NCBI GenBank assembly: GCA_050287845.1
Contig: JBNKCR010000098.1
Span: forward strand, 96,001 to 160,000
Direction of reading: 5' to 3'
DNA: 64,000 bases
DNA from: Polyangia bacterium
GTDB lineage: Bacteria; Myxococcota_A; Polyangia; JAAYKL01
Part shown: piece by piece, positions 61,301 through 64,000 of the stretch
How positions within the stretch are numbered: position 1 is the first letter of the stretch
How the letters are laid out: each line of letters begins with the position of its first letter
Translations under genes and position numbers: made by a program
Notes under the pieces: generated by a model
What the model was told of the DNA's origin: nothing
Databases searched by the model: none
What the model saw: only the letters and a program-made list of their open reading frames with translations

Positions 61301-63764
61301 CGTGAGAAAGAATGGGGTGCGGGCTGATTTCGACAAACACGGTCGCGCCATCCGCCAGCATTTTTTTGACTGTCGGATAGAAAAGCACGGTCTCTCGAAT
61401 GTTTTTCGCCCAATAATCACGATTGATTTGCGTACCCGGAATTTCTTTTCCGTACACCGTGGAATAGAGGGCGATGTGATTGGTTCTACCCTTCAGGGGA
61501 GGGGCCTGCCTTTTAAATTCCGTTGCCACATCATCGAGCAGGTAGCTGTGAAACGGAACATCCACCATCAGGAACCGGCGGAATATTTTCTTACGCCTGA
61601 GTTCGCCGGCCAGTTCATTGAGGGCAATACTGTCACCGGCCAGAGTGAGCATCGCCGCGCCATTGACCGCTGCAATGTCAATTTTTCCCCGGTATTTTTC
61701 AAGGTGGGCTGCTGCATCACTGATGGTCAATCCCGCTGCCATCATTTTTCCGCGACCGCTGGCATGGGTCTGACATTGACTACGCCAGAAAACCACCCTG
61801 GTGGCATCCTCTATCGAGAGCGCACCGCTCATGTATGCCGCAGCCACTTCGCCAATCGAATGCCCAACAACCATGTCCGGATGGATACCCAATCGCTGCC
61901 AGATTCGCGCAAGACCCACCTGCAGGGCGAAGAGCGCCGGCTGGACAATGTGGGTCCGGTTGATTCGCGTCTCCGATTCGGACCTCATCAGTTCGCTAAT
62001 CAATGAGCTGTTGTCGGTGGCCAACCACCCCTGGGACTTCAGATTCGCGTCAATTTCTTCAATGGTATCCCTGAAGGTCTGGTCGGTGTTTAAAAGCTCC
62101 CGCCCCATGGCAAACCATTGGGGGCCCTGACCGGAAAATACAAACGCAACCCGATCGGCTTTTCGGTTGGATGTGCGCCGGACAGTGATATGGGGGTGAG
62201 ATATACCCGCAGCCAGGTCTTTGAGTTTGAGCAGCGCGTCCCCATGGTCTGTCGCACAGACCGCGGCGCGGTATTCGAGATGGGATCGTTTAATCGCAGC
62301 GCACTTCGATACCGGCAATAGCTTGTCCCTGTTATTTGCCAATAGCGTCGCATATGCGGCGGCCATCTCCCTGAGTGCACCCGCGCTTCTGGCGGAAAGT
62401 ATCAGCGGACGTGGAAATTCATCATCCGTGCCACGCGACATCTGTTGTTCAGCCGTACGGACAGATCTAAGTACCAGATGGACGTTGGCGCCGCCAAAGC
62501 CGAACGAATTGATGCCGGCAAATATCTCCCCATGGGGCGCCGGAATTTTCAGTTGTCGGTCCGCGACCTGGATATGCAGTTGCTCAAAATCGATGGCGGG
62601 GTTGGGCGTTTCAAAATGGACTGTCGGGGGCGCTTCTCCGTGATAGAGAGACAGCGCAAGTTTAATCAGCCCGGCACTCCCGGATGCCAGTTCGGTATGA
62701 CCGATGTTGCTTTTCACCGAACCTATCAGACATATGTCATTGCGATCTTTTCCGATGACCGCGCCGATGCTGGCGCATTCGATGGGATCTCCGGCAGCCG
62801 TGCCAGTGCCATGGGCTTCCACAATCGTTATGGTTTGGGGGGAAATCCCTGCATCTTTGCAGGCGCTGGCGATGACCGCCTGCTGGGCGTTCGGATTTGG
62901 CAACGGCATGCCATTGGTTCGTCCGTCTTCGTTGGTCGCACTTCCGATAATGGCGGCATAAATCCGGTTGCCGTCCGCGATGGCCCGGTCCAGTGGTTTG
63001 AGATACAGCACACCAACCCCTTCACTTCGGACATATCCATTGGCTCTGGCGTCAAATGATTTGCAGCGGGCATCCGGTGACAGGAACCCGGCAGTGCTGA
63101 ATCCGATGTGCAGCTCCGGTTTGAGCATCAGATTTACCCCGGCAACCACTGCCGCATTGGCATCACCACTCCATATGCTTCGGCATGCCAGATGGGCGGC
63201 GAGCAGACTCGATGAACACGCCGTATCCACGGTAAAGCTGGGCCCCTGAAAATCGAATATATACGAAATGCGATTCGCGTTGATCGCTGGTGAACTGCCG
63301 GTATTGGTGTGGGCGTTTATATTGGCTCTTTCGGAATAATTCTGCAGGATGCCACCGTATTCCGACGAGGACGCCCCAACGAATACACCCACTGGTTGTC
63401 CTTCGAGCGCTTCAATGGTCTCCCCCGCATCCTCAAGGGCCATATATGTCTGCTCCAGAAGAAGGCGCTGCGAAGGGTCCATGGTTTGCGCTTCCACCGG
63501 CGGAATGCCGAAAAACGCGGCGTCAAATTCATCAATGTGTCGGATGAACCCTCCCTCCCGCACATGCATCTTTCCCCGTGTCCGATAGTCCGGATCGTAA
63601 AGCGCTTCCGCGTCCCACCGCTCCGGGGGCACCGGACCGATGGCGTCCGTTCGGTTTCTGAGCATCTCCCAGAAGTCTTCCGGGGTTTCCACATTTCCGG
63701 GAAAGCGACAACCGACGCCGCATATGGCAATGGGTATTCGTCGGTCATTGATACTGGCCGTCAT
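55347..63764 (-). CDS. Single-module highly reducing type I polyketide synthase: KS-AT-DH-cMT-ER-KR-ACP-TE
   Basis: KS DTACSSS/HGTGT/NIGH; AT GHSIG and VPFHS; DH HRVQGPLVYP and DASFQ; MT EIGGGTGG; ER LIHAAAGGVG; KR GGTRGLG/LDD/YASAN; ACP GMDSL; TE GHSYG/GGH. Start set at ATG 63764 (RBS GGAG). Confidence 0.95.
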   Translation of the reverse strand: MTASINDRRIPIAICGVGCRFPGNVETPEDFWEMLRNRTDAIGPVPPERWDAEALYDPDYRTRGKMHVREGGFIRHIDEFDAAFFGIPPVEAQTMDPSQRLLLEQTYMALEDAGETIEALEGQPVGVFVGASSSEYGGILQNYSERANINAHTNTGSSPAINANRISYIFDFQGPSFTVDTACSSSLLAAHLACRSIWSGDANAAVVAGVNLMLKPELHIGFSTAGFLSPDARCKSFDARANGYVRSEGVGVLYLKPLDRAIADGNRIYAAIIGSATNEDGRTNGMPLPNPNAQQAVIASACKDAGISPQTITIVEAHGTGTAAGDPIECASIGAVIGKDRNDICLIGSVKSNIGHTELASGSAGLIKLALSLYHGEAPPTVHFETPNPAIDFEQLHIQVADRQLKIPAPHGEIFAGINSFGFGGANVHLVLRSVRTAEQQMSRGTDDEFPRPLILSARSAGALREMAAAYATLLANNRDKLLPVSKCAAIKRSHLEYRAAVCATDHGDALLKLKDLAAGISHPHITVRRTSNRKADRVAFVFSGQGPQWFAMGRELLNTDQTFRDTIEEIDANLKSQGWLATDNSSLISELMRSESETRINRTHIVQPALFALQVGLARIWQRLGIHPDMVVGHSIGEVAAAYMSGALSIEDATRVVFWRSQCQTHASGRGKMMAAGLTISDAAAHLEKYRGKIDIAAVNGAAMLTLAGDSIALNELAGELRRKKIFRRFLMVDVPFHSYLLDDVATEFKRQAPPLKGRTNHIALYSTVYGKEIPGTQINRDYWAKNIRETVLFYPTVKKMLADGATVFVEISPHPILSHGIREAIDASGIDGIVVPSLRRKDHEKLTVCRSLGMLYASGVHIDWHTVFANVSEVKVPLPHYPWQRERFWRESASARRDRQGCREHHHIQNVSVAADNPNDVTVNIDLDARSAPYIMHHRVQGPLVYPGAGHVDLAIAAGRISFGDAFGFVEDIEFMKPLFVKENGIPYRVQIHIDTDDGAFSISSCDAESPRNDWSIHSRGKLNHIGDRFDSTPVTLAVLKSRIDEPVDLTSLFSTLHEGGLVLGDTFRGIETLHRRNGEALGKIRIHPSIKPLLHQFNIHPALLDASFQCAFGIVEERQNMGVYIPRKIGRVKYYGAPAGDVIYAYARARRNGAQHRGKAPRTLGNDTDLLLVDIWIFNENGSIVAEIQNFQGKYLKGSRGEVEGEQDSLFFVESLESVSLPMQLLQRNPETYLHDLGDVRTHTDSYVQTLKEEPLYLPMLETLGPAMDDVALAYIVKAFHTLRIPLIPGTTFQETVLADQMGIIENKRKLFSFILNELVQRGILRRIENEYTVNPGVNPIPDTGHIRKRMEGDLAGFKREIDFFIPVGESLAEVLTGRTDPSEILFAESRWDEIVDYYSSAYSMDKYNRTIARAIDSLLTTDNRNTIRIIEIGGGTGGITRGILPILKDRNVEYVFTDISPTFLERAKERFSDYGPMMSYALLNIELPPQNQKQPAHGYDIVIAANVLHATADIGETLTNVRSLLANNGVLCILEVTSVPLYVNLTFGMTDGWWRFNDDRRKNHCVLDRDQWIETIKASGFTEAFGCCDVPDSNWPGQTFFCARASADIPVPQLNTQAFRWLIFSDHSGHGDAFAARMRERGDKVVCFIAGDRTEQIDRNTYRYHPDTLASLGTLFDSDSELPSQILITRPLDISPMVGFESGARFEMEQVLVELTSISSLVVQKQLQRVVLSIITTGIHAATPNIAQSPVWGMGRVMANELSEITVKLIDMDASRPFDIPRLADELLHADHKDNEVVFRSGERFAVRMHPVSKSDRIHAASAMADIRGKTVQLHAVESGTISQCNFKPSDGRSLARDEVAIDVQYAGLNFRDVMIASGMLPEEAITGGIFGHGLGLECSGIVAQTGSHVTHVKKDDRVMAIAPCAIAGRAIASAALVRHIPDGINLQQAASTPMAALTAYTALFHLAGIRPGSRVLIHAAAGGVGLFAVHFALNAGATVFATAAPEKHGILRNLGLRHIYSSRDTSYFSDIMNDTDEAGVNIILNSLSGPHITQSLKLLSPMGRFIEIGKKDLYDDKRIGIRHLANNISYHVLDVDRLLALSEDTMSALLSDALDMLQTAGWPSLPVTEFPFHKVTEALRWMASGSHHGKIVLKSGPVHVHPADTLTLRDDATYLIAGGTRGLGLATAIFLANHGARQIALVSRSGLHGSQEFDTVRKLQDRGVHVTAHMVDICDFNAVQQLVHKVHRIGWPLAGIIQSTMILDDALLHNMTPAQMFGPLQPKIAGTWNLHNVTREIPLDFFISFSSVSSLYGFPGQGNYASANRFLDDFARWRHSQGMPATTVNLGPLTETGFVSRHEGLQDYLNHSGWVPISISDIFFALEKIMIEKHATMGVYRLDWQKLSNAFPILASSQKMGAIRDKLAAQQNNADTGDIRQQLMFADSRQRNAIIRKMLAEAMEQILGIDRDRIDFETPIDRMGMDSLMSNQLRSALAQQTGLTLSLMQLMQGPKLSELTEDIEKSLLPEVTAESENIRKENIWAKPVNRCSQPKFRVFTLPYLGAGASIFSGWRPPSDIEICPIQLPGREDRANEKPITDGERLLDEMAKGILPLLDIPFAIYGHSYGGNIALSLAMLLEGKLSKQASHVFIGASVPPGVENPLEKEFRITDSQGTLTQSAEQIKSLLRRIGTPSELIDNAEQFAAMLPSLRADLEITRQRLVPKHFVLKSPITAVAATNDHIYSQNLLTEWKHFTDSFSLKLIPGGHLFLHEDAGREQLLRLICETLIPNTPDTSGETRKTA

Positions 63765-64000
63765 TGGAATTCTCCGTCGGAAAGAGAAGTTGTTTCGCTG
63801 CATATGCTGAACAGTAAATTCATTTGGTTGTCATCCTGCTGCAGGTGAGTCAGCTTGAATTGCGCTTCCCGGTTTCCCTGCTTCAGTTTCCGGGTTTTGT
63901 ATCTGTCGAACGCTTCCTGGGGTAATGGGTGCAACAACATGCATCCCAACCGGTTGGACTTTCTTTTCGCATGGTATTCCGGATTGATTCGCTGCAACGC
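63761..64000 (-). CDS. C-terminus of a probable GH3-family acyl-adenylating enzyme (5' part outside the window)
   Basis: Frame open to the window edge; ALQRINPEYHAKRKSNRL...F..Y......G.REAQFKL.HL resembles the GH3 C-terminal N..Y...R / Q.K.P.L pattern; its TGA overlaps the PKS ATG (ATGA). Confidence 0.6.
   Translation of the reverse strand, partial: ALQRINPEYHAKRKSNRLGCMLLHPLPQEAFDRYKTRKLKQGNREAQFKLTHLQQDDNQMNLLFSICSETTSLSDGEFQ

Overview
A 64-kb window of mostly core chromosome from a bacterium whose protein style (Asp-Thr-repeat Cys-rich lipoproteins, TSP3-OmpA, a giant TPR protein, TPR-cNMP proteins) suggests Myxococcota/Deltaproteobacteria; this taxonomy is inference. Left to right it holds: the 5' part of cheA; a complete Na+-NQR operon (nqrA-F); sdhCAB; a sulfatase-like lipoprotein; two tandem paralogous Cys-rich lipoproteins; a four-subunit 2-oxoacid:ferredoxin oxidoreductase; tRNA-Gln(CTG) and tRNA-Glu(CTC); RNase HII-like, tlyA and envelope genes; purC-hpt; desulfoferrodoxin; sigma54-amt-P-II; a hybrid kinase; galM/tkt; an O-methyltransferase; a formimidoyltransferase; an 1816-aa TPR protein; hom; rpsP-khpA-rimM-trmD-SPOUT (no rplS); and a VOC gene behind a single-module highly reducing type I PKS (KS-AT-DH-cMT-ER-KR-ACP-TE) that is translationally coupled to an upstream GH3-like gene cut by the window edge. 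I saw no CRISPR array, rRNA, transposase or integrase. Best leads: (1) a ~480-nt intergenic region (24331-24811) that folds by eye into a nested, end-paired, G-U-rich structure with repeated UGAAA motifs, a candidate large ncRNA; (2) the GH3-PKS-VOC biosynthetic unit; (3) the disulfide-rich lipoprotein pair; (4) an RPP-ending membrane ORF followed by an unannotated 48-aa membrane protein. All folding and motif calls were made by eye; no searches were run.
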